Source: a virus | Taxonomy: Duplodnaviria > Heunggongvirae > Uroviricota > Caudoviricetes | IMG/VR virus record: IMGVR_UViG_3300001336_000001 | Location: 1-42,835 of that record | Direction: 5' to 3' (one strand) | DNA: 42,835 nt | Part shown: positions 19,364 through 28,777 of the stretch, one piece after another | Layout: each line of letters begins with the position of its first letter | How positions within the stretch are numbered: position 1 is the stretch's first letter | The notes under the pieces: generated by a model | Databases searched by the model: none | Seen by the model: the letters and a program-made list of their open reading frames with translations, nothing else | What the model was told of the DNA's origin: nothing | Translations under genes and position numbers: made by a program

Positions 19364-19945
19364 TTATACTAAATTCAATTCCCTCACAAATTCAACATCT
19401 TCATTTGACAAATATTCAAGAATACCATTTTCTTTAATATCATAACCATAGAACCCCCAACATGAATCCTCAACTTCACCATTTTCATCACAAACTTGAA
19501 ATCCATAAACGTCACCACTAATGTATTGGTCTAATGTTTTAATTTCACCCCTCACAATATCTATTGTTTTATCAATGTATTTCTTTGTTACATTTTTAAT
19601 CCCCCAATTTTCTCTAATAGCTTCTTTTGTAACAACAACCCAACCCAATTTACCTGAATCCCAACGACAATTAAATGGAGTTAAAGAAATTGTCATACCT
19701 GAATGAATATAAGCATAAACTGGTAAAATAATAGCAACATCCATTTGTTTTACAATGTGTTTTTGGTGCGCTTCAAAACTTTCATGTTCACCGTGAAAAT
19801 CATGATTATCACCCAAATGTGAATAGTTTCCAATGAAAATCATTTTAGATAAGTTATCCCATCTTCTTGGTGAATCACTTGAATCATCTTGAAATACCTT
19901 TAATGTTCTGTTGTTTGGTAATTCATAAGTTTTAATTGTTTCCAT
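19364..19945 (-). CDS. Conserved phage protein of unknown function
   Basis: LPVYAYIHSG…WDSG…LDQYISGDVYGF…DSCWGFYG pattern, familiar from phage early regions. Promoter at 19975-19982. Confidence 0.75.
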   Translation of the reverse strand: METIKTYELPNNRTLKVFQDDSSDSPRRWDNLSKMIFIGNYSHLGDNHDFHGEHESFEAHQKHIVKQMDVAIILPVYAYIHSGMTISLTPFNCRWDSGKLGWVVVTKEAIRENWGIKNVTKKYIDKTIDIVRGEIKTLDQYISGDVYGFQVCDENGEVEDSCWGFYGYDIKENGILEYLSNEDVEFVRELNLV

Positions 19946-20088
19946 AATATAATGTTTTAATTAATTAGACAAGACAAATATAAGAATATAAAATGATATA
20001 TCCAAATAAAATGATAAAAAAAATGGGATATATTTCTACATCCCATCTTTTCCGTTATCAATTAAAACTATACATTATGTATCGTTTG

Positions 20089-20157
20089 TAGGATACGAGG
20101 ACTCGAACCTCACATACACCTCATCGGTGCCGTACTAACCAATTATACTAGTATCCA
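20089..20157 (-). ncRNA. tRNA-like element with aberrant anticodon arm (pseudo-tRNA or tRNA mimic)
   Basis: Reverse complement TGGATAC-TA-GTAT-AATTGGTTA-GTAC-G-GCACC-GATGA-GGTGT-ATGT-GAGG-TTCGAGT-CCTC-GTATCCT-A. D-loop TGG and T-loop TTCGA are canonical. The anticodon loop is 5 nt and lacks U33. Confidence 0.65.
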
Positions 20158-20289
20158 ATAGACTTGCAAGTATTCACTAACAAGTTTGCAACCTTGTTAA
20201 CTAAAAAACGATTACCAGCCTTGCACTTGTTCGGGAGCATCTGTAACCCTCCAATCGTTTCTTTTACAAAAAAAATACTTTTATTTCAA

Positions 20290-20820
20290 TTAAACAAGAA
20301 TTTCATTACTTTTTTTCCAATAAATTTCACTCCAACTTAATGGATAACCACTATTACCCCGAACAACCGAACCATTATCAAACGCTTCGACATTACCATT
20401 AATGATATTAATGTAATTGGAGTACGCTTGTTCAATTAATACCACTTTATTATCACCAGTAAAGTTAGCATTAAATTGGTAACAACATTCTTTTGCTTTA
20501 CCCAAGAACCCACAACGATATGCGTTTTTACCTTTGCCGTATGTATGTACGTCCAATTGATTAACAAATAATGGTTTACTCATTGGTTTGTGTTCAGCAG
20601 TAATTAACCCTAACTCAACCCATTCTCGAATAACAACATCGTGTAGAAATTCAAACTTTGAATTGAATTCGGCTTCATCAAATACAACACCATATACCAT
20701 ATATTGTTTTGTATTATTGTCCTCGATAACCATACAACGATATGGTTTACCATATTGGAATTTCGTGGTTTCCGTTTCGAACGAATCTTTTACGAGTACT
20801 AAATTAGTTTTATCAAACAT
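20290..20820 (-). CDS. Hypothetical protein
   Basis: Start MFDKTN downstream of the promoter at 20849-20856. Confidence 0.75.
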   Translation of the reverse strand: MFDKTNLVLVKDSFETETTKFQYGKPYRCMVIEDNNTKQYMVYGVVFDEAEFNSKFEFLHDVVIREWVELGLITAEHKPMSKPLFVNQLDVHTYGKGKNAYRCGFLGKAKECCYQFNANFTGDNKVVLIEQAYSNYINIINGNVEAFDNGSVVRGNSGYPLSWSEIYWKKSNEILV

Positions 20821-20897
20821 AACAAATATTTTTAATTGATTAACAAAACAAAGATAAGGATAAGTTTTCACTTATCCAAATCTTTTCCCAATTATTT

Positions 20898-21263
20898 TTA
20901 CTTAACCTCTAAAAAAACTTCGTCCTCATTGAGTACACCAGCTTCAATTTCAGCACGAACCTCATCCATGCAATCCTCAATGGTATTCAATTCTTTACCA
21001 CTATGGTAACCCTCATCACCAATTTCATAAGTGAATGGGATATTAATGGTAACTTCATCACCAATTTCCAATTCTACTTTTGGTAGTGTATTCAAATAAT
21101 CTGAAATACAATCGTATTCACTTTTGGTTTCAGTATCAAAAGAACTACCAACAAAATCTTTATAGATAAATTGTGCTTGTTCCCACAACAAATCGTATTC
21201 AAGGTTTGGTTTGAAAATCCCTTTCAATCTACCCAATTCTGCAATCAAAAATACTCCGTACAT
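20898..21263 (-). CDS. Hypothetical acidic protein
   Basis: Promoter at 21289-21296. Confidence 0.7.
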   Translation of the reverse strand: MYGVFLIAELGRLKGIFKPNLEYDLLWEQAQFIYKDFVGSSFDTETKSEYDCISDYLNTLPKVELEIGDEVTINIPFTYEIGDEGYHSGKELNTIEDCMDEVRAEIEAGVLNEDEVFLEVK

Positions 21264-21320
21264 AATTCTTAGTTTTAATTAGACAATACAAATATAAAAC
21301 AATATAATTACATTTCCAAA

Positions 21321-21635
21321 TTAATTTGAAATTCTTTTTTCTGTTTTTAATTGTTCGGCTTCATACTCCTCACACAACATAAGAATCTCCTCTAAAATAT
21401 CCTTATCCAAATCCTCGTAGTCAACATCGTATTCATCTTCGGGGTCTGAACTAAACCCACTTGGCATATAAACATTGACCTGAACATTTGTTGGTTTAAA
21501 GTATTCAGCCAACCCAACATAGTTTCCCAACGTACCAACACAAGGGCTAACTTCTGCACCAATTTCGTTTACATCAAAACTACCAAACTCATTGATAATT
21601 TTTTTAATTCTTTTAATGATTGATTTCTTTTGCAT
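21321..21635 (-). CDS. Hypothetical acidic protein
   Basis: Promoter at 21664-21671. Confidence 0.7.
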   Translation of the reverse strand: MQKKSIIKRIKKIINEFGSFDVNEIGAEVSPCVGTLGNYVGLAEYFKPTNVQVNVYMPSGFSSDPEDEYDVDYEDLDKDILEEILMLCEEYEAEQLKTEKRISN

Positions 21636-21712
21636 AATAAATAGTTTTAATAATTAGACAATACAAAGATAAGGATAAGTTTTCACTTATCCAAATCTTT
21701 TTACAATTTTAT

Positions 21713-22015
21713 TTACCAATTAAAGAAATGTTTGTCGGTAACTTTTTCTTCGACCCACTTAATAATTTCGTCAGCATAATAACTAGTCGTTAAGTCATGC
21801 AAAAAGTTTGACGCATGACGATATGCCCCTGGGGTTTCCTTAACGTCAAACTCACAACGTGTCCATTCTTTTGCACCACTTTGGTTTGAACCTCTGTTGC
21901 TACCCTTTGAAAAATCCCATTCCTTACCAATGATAGCAACCTTGTTACCCTTTGTCTCAACTGTAATAATACCACCCTTGCAGTATTCACCAATCTTCCA
22001 TGTTTTCTTTGCCAT
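21713..22015 (-). CDS. Hypothetical protein, paralog of 13504-13803
   Basis: See the paralog. Promoter at 22045-22052. Confidence 0.8.
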   Translation of the reverse strand: MAKKTWKIGEYCKGGIITVETKGNKVAIIGKEWDFSKGSNRGSNQSGAKEWTRCEFDVKETPGAYRHASNFLHDLTTSYYADEIIKWVEEKVTDKHFFNW

Positions 22016-22076
22016 AATAATATTGTTTTAATTGATTAACATTACAAATATAAGAATATAAAATGATATTTCCAAA

Positions 22077-22565
22077 TTATTCCTCAACAATTTCCCAAAA
22101 ACTTTTATCTGCCAACCCCAAATCGTATGGATAACGTGTATTAACTCCCTCTCTCAATCCTACTGGGCTATGTGTGTCACCACCTTTAATAACCCTTGTC
22201 AATTCCTTTGGGTCACTATACATACTTCTGCAATAAACAATACATTCACCTTCAATAACTGAACAAAATATATCACCTCGGTTTGTTCCTTGATTTGGTA
22301 CTTTTAGAATAGTACCTTTTGGTACACTAATTGTTTCGGGTGTATTATAACTATTTGATACACCCCTTAAATCAACCTTTGCTCGGATAAACATCCCACC
22401 CTTTAATTCAAAGTTTGGTTTTCTATCCTCAACAATCTGCAAATTAACTTTGCTCAATTTGGATAAGACTTGCTTATCATCTAATGCGTTGATAATAACA
22501 TCCAACGTTTCAGAATTACCACTTGCAAGTTCATCAGTAATTTGATTAATCAATAAATCTTTCAT
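22077..22565 (-). CDS. Hypothetical protein
   Basis: Promoter at 22591-22598. Confidence 0.7.
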   Translation of the reverse strand: MKDLLINQITDELASGNSETLDVIINALDDKQVLSKLSKVNLQIVEDRKPNFELKGGMFIRAKVDLRGVSNSYNTPETISVPKGTILKVPNQGTNRGDIFCSVIEGECIVYCRSMYSDPKELTRVIKGGDTHSPVGLREGVNTRYPYDLGLADKSFWEIVEE

Positions 22566-22676
22566 AACCCTTAGTTTTAATTAGACAATACAAATATAAA
22601 ACAAAATAATTACATTTCCAAATTATTTAACAAAAAAAATGGAATATATTTCTATATCCCATTTCTACATTTGTTT

Positions 22677-23303
22677 TTATTCTGTTAAATCAAAAATCAA
22701 TTCGGTGTAACCTTTCGGAATTGCTGACTTAGTTGATTCAACTGAAATTATATCTCTTGCCCAACTTCCAACTAAATCACTATCCCCTCTGAAATCTCCA
22801 CCACCTCGACCATTCCCCTCGCAAGTCAACAATGGTAATGGATGGATTCTCCAACCATCATTATCTTTCGGCACTTTGGTTTTGTTAACAAATTGTTTCT
22901 TGTCGTGGTTAACCAAATACTTTGTTTTGGTTATCGGTAGAATTTTGAAGTCCGAAGTAGTAGGCACTAACTTTACCGCTGAATTACTTGCAATACTATA
23001 AAGTGTTGCACCTCTTTCTTTTAATTGCTCTAATTCGCAACCATCCTCAATCAATTTGTCAATAACAACCTTTGGTATTGTATCAAATGGTTCTTCATCC
23101 GCATAATCACCAGCCCAAACAATTGGACTTTTATAAAATGCTGAACCATTTGTTAATAGACTTTCAATGAAACCAACAAAGTCATTCTTCATCCATGAAT
23201 GCTCCATTAGTTTAAGTCCACTACCGAAGTCGTGTGAGTATGCAAACCCTATCGGCGTTTGCTTATCCTCTTTCAAAATTACTGGCTTATAATACTGACC
23301 CAT
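22677..23303 (-). CDS. Conserved phage protein of unknown function (MGQYY… family)
   Basis: LMEHSW, IVWAGDYAD, YLVNHDKKQFV, HPLPLLTCEGNGRGGGD and VGSWARD motifs. Promoter at 23332-23339. Confidence 0.75.
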   Translation of the reverse strand: MGQYYKPVILKEDKQTPIGFAYSHDFGSGLKLMEHSWMKNDFVGFIESLLTNGSAFYKSPIVWAGDYADEEPFDTIPKVVIDKLIEDGCELEQLKERGATLYSIASNSAVKLVPTTSDFKILPITKTKYLVNHDKKQFVNKTKVPKDNDGWRIHPLPLLTCEGNGRGGGDFRGDSDLVGSWARDIISVESTKSAIPKGYTELIFDLTE

Positions 23304-23542
23304 TTTTTTATGTTTTAATAATTAGACAATACAAATATAAGAATAATAAATTACATATCCTAATTTTCTTTCAACATTTTATTAAAAATAATATTAAGTT
23401 CCTGTAACTCAGAAAGCAAAACATGTGCTTCTTGATATCTTTGCTCCAGTAATAAATCATTACGTTTTTTTATTAACGCTTCACGTTTTAACCTAACGAC
23501 ATCAATTGAAATATATTTTACCATAATAATATTGTTTTATAT

Positions 23543-23818
23543 TTACATCCAACCTTGTTTAACAATAGTTGGTTTATTATTTACCAACGCCCATTTCTCA
23601 AACCATTCTCCCCATTCACCTCTACGACTTCTTGATACACAAACTTCGTCATCACCAATATGGTTATGTAAGATATAATCCTTTAATGCTTTTTTCAATT
23701 CAGCATAAGTATTAAATCTTTTTGTTACATAAGGTGAACGCACCCTATATCTGTCAACGTTGTAATCATGTTGACTATCTCTAGTCATATATGTTACTTG
23801 CGGTTTAAAATTGCTCAT
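23543..23818 (-). CDS. Hypothetical protein, paralog of 30180-30446
   Basis: FKPQ…TRDS…SRSRRGEWGEWFEKW…GWM is shared. Confidence 0.8.
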   Translation of the reverse strand: MSNFKPQVTYMTRDSQHDYNVDRYRVRSPYVTKRFNTYAELKKALKDYILHNHIGDDEVCVSRSRRGEWGEWFEKWALVNNKPTIVKQGWM

Positions 23819-23835
23819 AATAATATTGTTTTATA

Positions 23836-24069
23836 TTATAGGTGTCCACCGAAATCGTTTGTTGGGTCTTGGAATTCGTATGAATCATCATCTGCTGACA
23901 ATGAACTTTGGTATAACCCCTCCTCAATTTCATTATCCAACGCTTCATTTTCCGTTAAGAAATCAATTAACTCATCATCTTGAATTTCTACGGGAACATC
24001 AACTTCAACAGTTGTTTGTTTTGAATAGTAACGTGTTGCAGTTACAGTAACTTTTCTTGTTGCACTCAT
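23836..24069 (-). CDS. Small acidic protein, paralog of 28432-28680
   Basis: RKVTVT.TRYYSKQ…YEFQDPTNDFGGHL is shared. Confidence 0.8.
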   Translation of the reverse strand: MSATRKVTVTATRYYSKQTTVEVDVPVEIQDDELIDFLTENEALDNEIEEGLYQSSLSADDDSYEFQDPTNDFGGHL

Positions 24070-24118
24070 GACTTTATGTTTTTAATTAATTAGACAAAAC
24101 AAATATAAGAATAATATT

Positions 24119-24397
24119 TTACATTACCAAATAAACTTGGTTAATTTTTTCATCTTTATCCAAATGAATTTCCAATATATGGTCTTTATCTAAATCAACG
24201 AATGAAATAATCTCATCATCAATTAACCCATGTTCTTCATCCATTGCATAATCTTTGGACAATCTCATAAAGTACTTCTTATCATTAAATTTAAGCCTAT
24301 CAAATTCTTTTGTCTGTTTAATAGGTTTAATTGACTTCATTAACTTAACAAGTCCTATGTGAAATTCTTTTGTTGTTATTGGTAAATGACCAGCCAT
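24119..24397 (-). CDS. Hypothetical protein
   Basis: Promoter at 24427-24434. Confidence 0.7.
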   Translation of the reverse strand: MAGHLPITTKEFHIGLVKLMKSIKPIKQTKEFDRLKFNDKKYFMRLSKDYAMDEEHGLIDDEIISFVDLDKDHILEIHLDKDEKINQVYLVM

Positions 24398-24459
24398 AAT
24401 AATATTGTTTTAATTGATTAACAATACAAAGATAAGGATAAGTTTTGACAATTCCAAAT

Positions 24460-24666
24460 TTATTCTTTTAAATTACACCAAAAATCTTCTTCTACAAAAA
24501 TAGTATCACTATAATAATATTTAACAAAATCCATTGGAATTTCTTCTTCTGAATTAATTTCTTTAAAAACTTCATCTAGTGAACCATCATCAAGTGATTC
24601 GTAATATAAACGATTTCTAAGTTCTTGTAGTTCGTTCTCATTAAGCTCATCAACATTTTTATACAT
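24460..24666 (-). CDS. Small acidic protein
   Basis: Promoter at 24692-24699. Confidence 0.7.
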   Translation of the reverse strand: MYKNVDELNENELQELRNRLYYESLDDGSLDEVFKEINSEEEIPMDFVKYYYSDTIFVEEDFWCNLKE

Positions 24667-24800
24667 AACTTATTGTTTTAATTAGACAATACAAATATAA
24701 AACAAAATAATTACATTTCCAAATTTTTAATGAAAATAATTTTTAAAAAAATATCTTATTTTATTTGGATATATGGAATATAATCCTTACCTTTGTTATG

Positions 24801-24861
24801 TAGCAATGATGCTAAGGGCTGACACTCGCAAGGTGGTAGTAGAGTAGACTCCGACCTACCT
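24801..24861 (+). ncRNA. Three-hairpin small RNA family, copy 6
   Basis: TACCTTTG at 24788-24795. TAGC/GCTA hairpin, CTGACAC-TCGCAAG-GTGGTAG, GTAG-ACTCCGAC-CTAC, T-tract. Confidence 0.7.
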
Positions 24862-24887
24862 TTTATTTTTTTTTGTTATGAAATAAA

Positions 24888-24915
24888 AATTGGGGAGAAT
24901 ATTCTCCCCAATTAA
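24888..24915. terminator. Intrinsic terminator
   Basis: AATTGGGGAGAA-TA-TTCTCCCCAATT inverted repeat after the DUF932-like gene. Confidence 0.8.
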
Positions 24916-24916
24916 A

Positions 24917-25801
24917 TTATACCATTACCAACCCCAACTTTTGCATTGTAAATTCAAAAGCATCGTTATTAGTTTTGTAATTAGTACCCATCATGATACT
25001 CTCATCACGACCATTCTCTCTGCGTGGTGCTGACTTCTCATGTGTAGTCCATGAAGTAACTCCACTAAACAACCCGAACGCATTCCAACCCTTCTGATTG
25101 GTTTCCTTCTCAATGTGGTTGTATAGCGAATCCATTGAGTTTAATGCACGTGTGGACAATTCGCTCTCATCCTTAATTGACATTTGACGGTCAAACCCTA
25201 ACAACGACTTAACCAACTCATCTCCCAACTTGCGTGACACTTCGGTCGATTGGAAACGCTTGTACGTTTCAGTCAATTTAAGGCTCTCTGCCAACGTCAA
25301 TTCAATTAACTGTGGTAATTCCTTAATGCGCTGTGTTAAACTCGCTGTATGGCGAAATTTGGACTGTCCACCTTTGTAGAACTTGTAAAACTGATTGTTA
25401 CAAGACATAACCAATTCACCAATACCTACTGACAACCCAGTACTACCATCATTACTGTCAATGATAGTAACATAACGCTTAATGCGCTCGCTACCAACCA
25501 TTGAATAACCCTCAACCGCTAGTTGAATGAAAACCTTGCGACCACCATTAATTGAACCCGCTTTTGATACGGACAATTCACCGAATCCTTCCATACCACG
25601 TAAAACCAACTCAACAATCTCATCATTTTGAGACACTGTATAACCTTCTTTACACGTGTTAATACACTCATCGGTTTTACTGTTAAACAACCCATAATAA
25701 GGTGTTCTGCGACCCGTTGGTGAAAACAACGCTTCCTTCTCAATGCGAAAATCCAAATCATTCGCTACCAAAATCTCTTGTACTCTCTGCTCAATACTCA
25801 T
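24917..25801 (-). CDS. DUF932-family phage/plasmid protein
   Basis: GYTVSQN…GSINGGRKVFIQL…DSNDGST…MSCNNQ…FRHT…NAFGLFSGVT pattern matches recalled DUF932 (TIGR03299-like). Confidence 0.75.
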   Translation of the reverse strand: MSIEQRVQEILVANDLDFRIEKEALFSPTGRRTPYYGLFNSKTDECINTCKEGYTVSQNDEIVELVLRGMEGFGELSVSKAGSINGGRKVFIQLAVEGYSMVGSERIKRYVTIIDSNDGSTGLSVGIGELVMSCNNQFYKFYKGGQSKFRHTASLTQRIKELPQLIELTLAESLKLTETYKRFQSTEVSRKLGDELVKSLLGFDRQMSIKDESELSTRALNSMDSLYNHIEKETNQKGWNAFGLFSGVTSWTTHEKSAPRRENGRDESIMMGTNYKTNNDAFEFTMQKLGLVMV

Positions 25802-25938
25802 AGTATAAAATTTTATTTGATTAATAACTGACACAAAGTTAAGCATTCTTTTTCATTCTACCAAATATAAAATAAGATTTTTTTCATTTTTCTTGTTATT
25901 TATATTCATTCTAAATAAGGTCATATAAAAAAATATAC

Positions 25939-25995
25939 TGTAGGATGGAGTCAACTCTCTCATATACTTATAATATACGACCCGTCTCAAGTGAC
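25939..25995 (-). ncRNA. Three-hairpin small RNA family, copy 7 (minus strand, diverged)
   Basis: Reverse complement GTC-ACTTGA-GAC GGG TCGTATAT-TATAA-GTATATGA GAGAGTTG-ACTCCATC-CTAC. Promoter TATATTTG at 26000-26007. Confidence 0.55.
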
Positions 25996-26064
25996 AATAC
26001 AAATATAAAAAGAAAAAACCACATATCCAAATAATATGTGGTTTGTTTTATAACTTTTTTTTAC

Positions 26065-26277
26065 TTATCTTTGTGGATATATTTCCTCATCGAACTCTGG
26101 GTCATATGGACACTCTGTGTCCTCACATATTGACTCTAAGTTTTCATTGAATTCATGCTGAATCTTTTCAGACATCTTAATCGAAGCTTGTTCAATCACG
26201 TCTGACTCACTAGCATTCTCATCAACAATAACTCTGGTCGTCATTGTAATCGTAACCAATTTAGCAACTTTTTCCAT
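26065..26277 (-). CDS. Small acidic protein, paralog of the N-terminal half of 26472-26837
   Basis: KVAK.V.I…TRVIVDENA…ECP is shared. Confidence 0.75.
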   Translation of the reverse strand: MEKVAKLVTITMTTRVIVDENASESDVIEQASIKMSEKIQHEFNENLESICEDTECPYDPEFDEEIYPQR

Positions 26278-26330
26278 AACAATATAATTTTATATTTAAC
26301 AACTTACTTTACACGCTCACACACACACGG

Positions 26331-26350
26331 ATATACACAAATGTGTATAT
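26331..26350. repeat. 20-bp palindrome copy
   Basis: Exact copy, preceded by a CA-dinucleotide run. Confidence 0.9.
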
Positions 26351-26471
26351 TATCCAACTATAGAATATAAGATATTCTCAATAACCAAATCCCATGTTGC
26401 CGTTGGGTCTAGGTCAGCTTCAATAGGATAGATAGTAATAACCTCTTCAATTTCTTTTTTCATAACTTTTT

Positions 26472-26837
26472 TTATTTAATTATATAAGGGTTTTCAATAT
26501 CTCCCTTAACATAAGCATTTATCTTTCTATCAGGAAAATCTTCCTTTGCTTTTTCAAGTGATGAATAAACAAAATAACTCCACAATTCAACTCCATCAGG
26601 TGTAACAAGAATATCATCATTACCAAAGTCAGGTTGAAAATGTAAATCATCATTAAAAGTTCCTAAAGGACATTCTTCATCATCATAAATTTCTTCTAAG
26701 TTATCCATTAACTCTCCCTCAACTTTTGCTTTGAAGTTATCTTTTGCTGATAATACAATTTCTTCATCAGTTGCATTTTCATCAACTATTACCCTTGTCA
26801 TTAAGGATATACAAACTATTTTTGCTACTTTTTTCAT
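26472..26837 (-). CDS. Two-module hypothetical protein
   Basis: N-half is paralogous to 26065-26277, followed by an extra C-terminal module. Promoter at 26864-26871. Confidence 0.75.
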   Translation of the reverse strand: MKKVAKIVCISLMTRVIVDENATDEEIVLSAKDNFKAKVEGELMDNLEEIYDDEECPLGTFNDDLHFQPDFGNDDILVTPDGVELWSYFVYSSLEKAKEDFPDRKINAYVKGDIENPYIIK

Positions 26838-26908
26838 AATTTCTATTTAATAATTAGACAAAACAAAGATAAGGATAATATTTCTATTATCCAAATCTTT
26901 TTACAATT

Positions 26909-27346
26909 TTATTTTCTTTTTCTACTGAAAAACCCTTGGTCTGGGTCTCCTAAACTACACGTATCCAAATCTTCATAAGTACCTTTGAATGATGCTGATA
27001 CTAATTTCAATGGGTATTTTAAGTTTAGAATATCATCATCGTAACAACCAATATCAATACCCTTATTTCTATTGTGGTCAGTATGATGGTCAATCTCTTT
27101 TATCAACGGATATTCATCACCATCAAACCTTAACCCCTCTACTTTATTCCAAAAAGCCAAAAGTTCATACATATCATATTTAGGTTCACCATTTTCCTTT
27201 GTACCCAAATAACCATAATCTTGATACACATCCTTAATGAATCCACCACCAAATTCTTTTGGTATTAAGAATTTAAATGACGTACCAAAAGCAACATTCT
27301 CAATGTTGGTTAATTTATCTGCTTTATTCCAACTGAAACTTCCCAT
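26909..27346 (-). CDS. Conserved-looking phage hypothetical protein
   Basis: 145-aa ORF, MGSFSW…YQDYGYLG…DPDQGF. Confidence 0.7.
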   Translation of the reverse strand: MGSFSWNKADKLTNIENVAFGTSFKFLIPKEFGGGFIKDVYQDYGYLGTKENGEPKYDMYELLAFWNKVEGLRFDGDEYPLIKEIDHHTDHNRNKGIDIGCYDDDILNLKYPLKLVSASFKGTYEDLDTCSLGDPDQGFFSRKRK

Positions 27347-27394
27347 AATAATATAATTTAATATTTAACAACTTACTATTTCACACACACATTT

Positions 27395-27592
27395 CTACTG
27401 TGGTATGTGTTTCTTAATGAACTCATCCATATACTCCTCGAAGCTTCTATCTTCCCATTTATCATTTGGGTCATAAGTTTGTACAAACTTCTCGGCTAAT
27501 TCATACACACTATCAAACTCTTGCCATAAGGTTTGTTTATCATAACCCCCCCAAAAGTAAAATGCTACGAATAATGCTTTATCTTTTTCCAT
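27395..27592 (-). CDS. Small hypothetical protein
   Basis: Start MEKDK downstream of the promoter at 27617-27624. Confidence 0.7.
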   Translation of the reverse strand: MEKDKALFVAFYFWGGYDKQTLWQEFDSVYELAEKFVQTYDPNDKWEDRSFEEYMDEFIKKHIPQ

Positions 27593-27697
27593 AACTATAA
27601 TTTTAATTAGACAATACAAATATAAAAAGAAAAAATGATAATTCCTAATTTTTTAAGATATTTATTATTATAACAATTTAAATAAAATAATATTATT

Positions 27698-27859
27698 ATG
27701 AACAAAGAAAGAATTTTAGGTATTGTACGCCACACATTAACATTTGTTGGTGGTATCTTAATTATGAAAGGTATTGTTGATGAAGCATTGGTAACTGAAA
27801 TAGTTGGTGGTGCGGTAACACTTACTGGTGCTATTTGGTCTATTTTCGAAAAGAAATAA
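27698..27859 (+). CDS. Putative small two-TM holin (Pam3-gp28-like)
   Basis: Hand translation MNKERILGIVRHTLTFVGGILIMKGIVDEALVTEIVGGAVTLTGAIWSIFEKK. TATTTATT upstream (27659-27666) and terminator at 27876-27906. Missed by the ORF track. Confidence 0.65.
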   Translation: MNKERILGIVRHTLTFVGGILIMKGIVDEALVTEIVGGAVTLTGAIWSIFEKK

Positions 27860-27907
27860 TCAACACAATTAAACAAAAAAGCCACAAATTACTGTGGCTT
27901 TTTTTAT

Positions 27908-28186
27908 TTAATTTAACACTTTCTCCAATAGTTTATATCTAACTCTCATTGGTTTACCCTCTGTACTTAAACAGTTATAAGTAATGTATGTACAACTTTT
28001 TGTTCCAATACCACAATAACCTTCATCACGAACAACATCAGTACCTTTATTTACCTCAATCCTATTCTGAATTGCTTGTTCAATCTTTTTTCTTGAAGTA
28101 AACACCTCAAGGTCATAGAAATGGAATAGGTTATCAATACTACTCAAATCACCAATTTGTAAAACGTAAATGCTTTTTGACTTCAT
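27908..28186 (-). CDS. Hypothetical protein
   Basis: Start MKSKS downstream of the promoter at 28211-28218. Confidence 0.7.
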   Translation of the reverse strand: MKSKSIYVLQIGDLSSIDNLFHFYDLEVFTSRKKIEQAIQNRIEVNKGTDVVRDEGYCGIGTKSCTYITYNCLSTEGKPMRVRYKLLEKVLN

Positions 28187-28431
28187 AAGAACTGTTTTAA
28201 TTAGACAAAACAAAGGTAAGGATAATATTTTAATCCACCAAATGTTTTACAAAGTTTTTATTAATTCTTTTAACCTTGCAATCGCATCACTCTTGTAACG
28301 ATACCACCCAATATAATTACATGTACTACCCATCCACCCAATAGGTTGATTGTGTTTAATGGTATAACCAAATGCTTTACCATTAAATTCCTTATTACAC
28401 TTTACCACTTCCATAATAATATTATTTTAAA

Positions 28432-28680
28432 TTATAGGTGTCCACCAAAATCATTTGTCGGGTCTTGAAACTCATAGATATCATCATCAATAGTTAGACT
28501 TAATGACGTATCAGCCAACAAAGTATCTAATTGATTATCAATTTCCGTGACAGTCTCTTGGTCTTCTGTCAAATAATCTTTCAACGCTTCGTCTGTGATA
28601 TCCACATGAACCTCAACTTCAACACTCACTTGCTTTGAATAGTAACGTGTCAACGTCACTGTAACCTTTCTAGTTTCCAT
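28432..28680 (-). CDS. Small acidic protein, paralog of 23836-24069
   Basis: See the paralog. Promoter at 28709-28716. Confidence 0.8.
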   Translation of the reverse strand: METRKVTVTLTRYYSKQVSVEVEVHVDITDEALKDYLTEDQETVTEIDNQLDTLLADTSLSLTIDDDIYEFQDPTNDFGGHL

Positions 28681-28777
28681 AATAATATAATTTAATAATT
28701 AGACAATACAAATATAAAACAAAAAAACCACATATCCAAATAATATATGGTTTATTTTTGTTAATCAATAAAAACTT

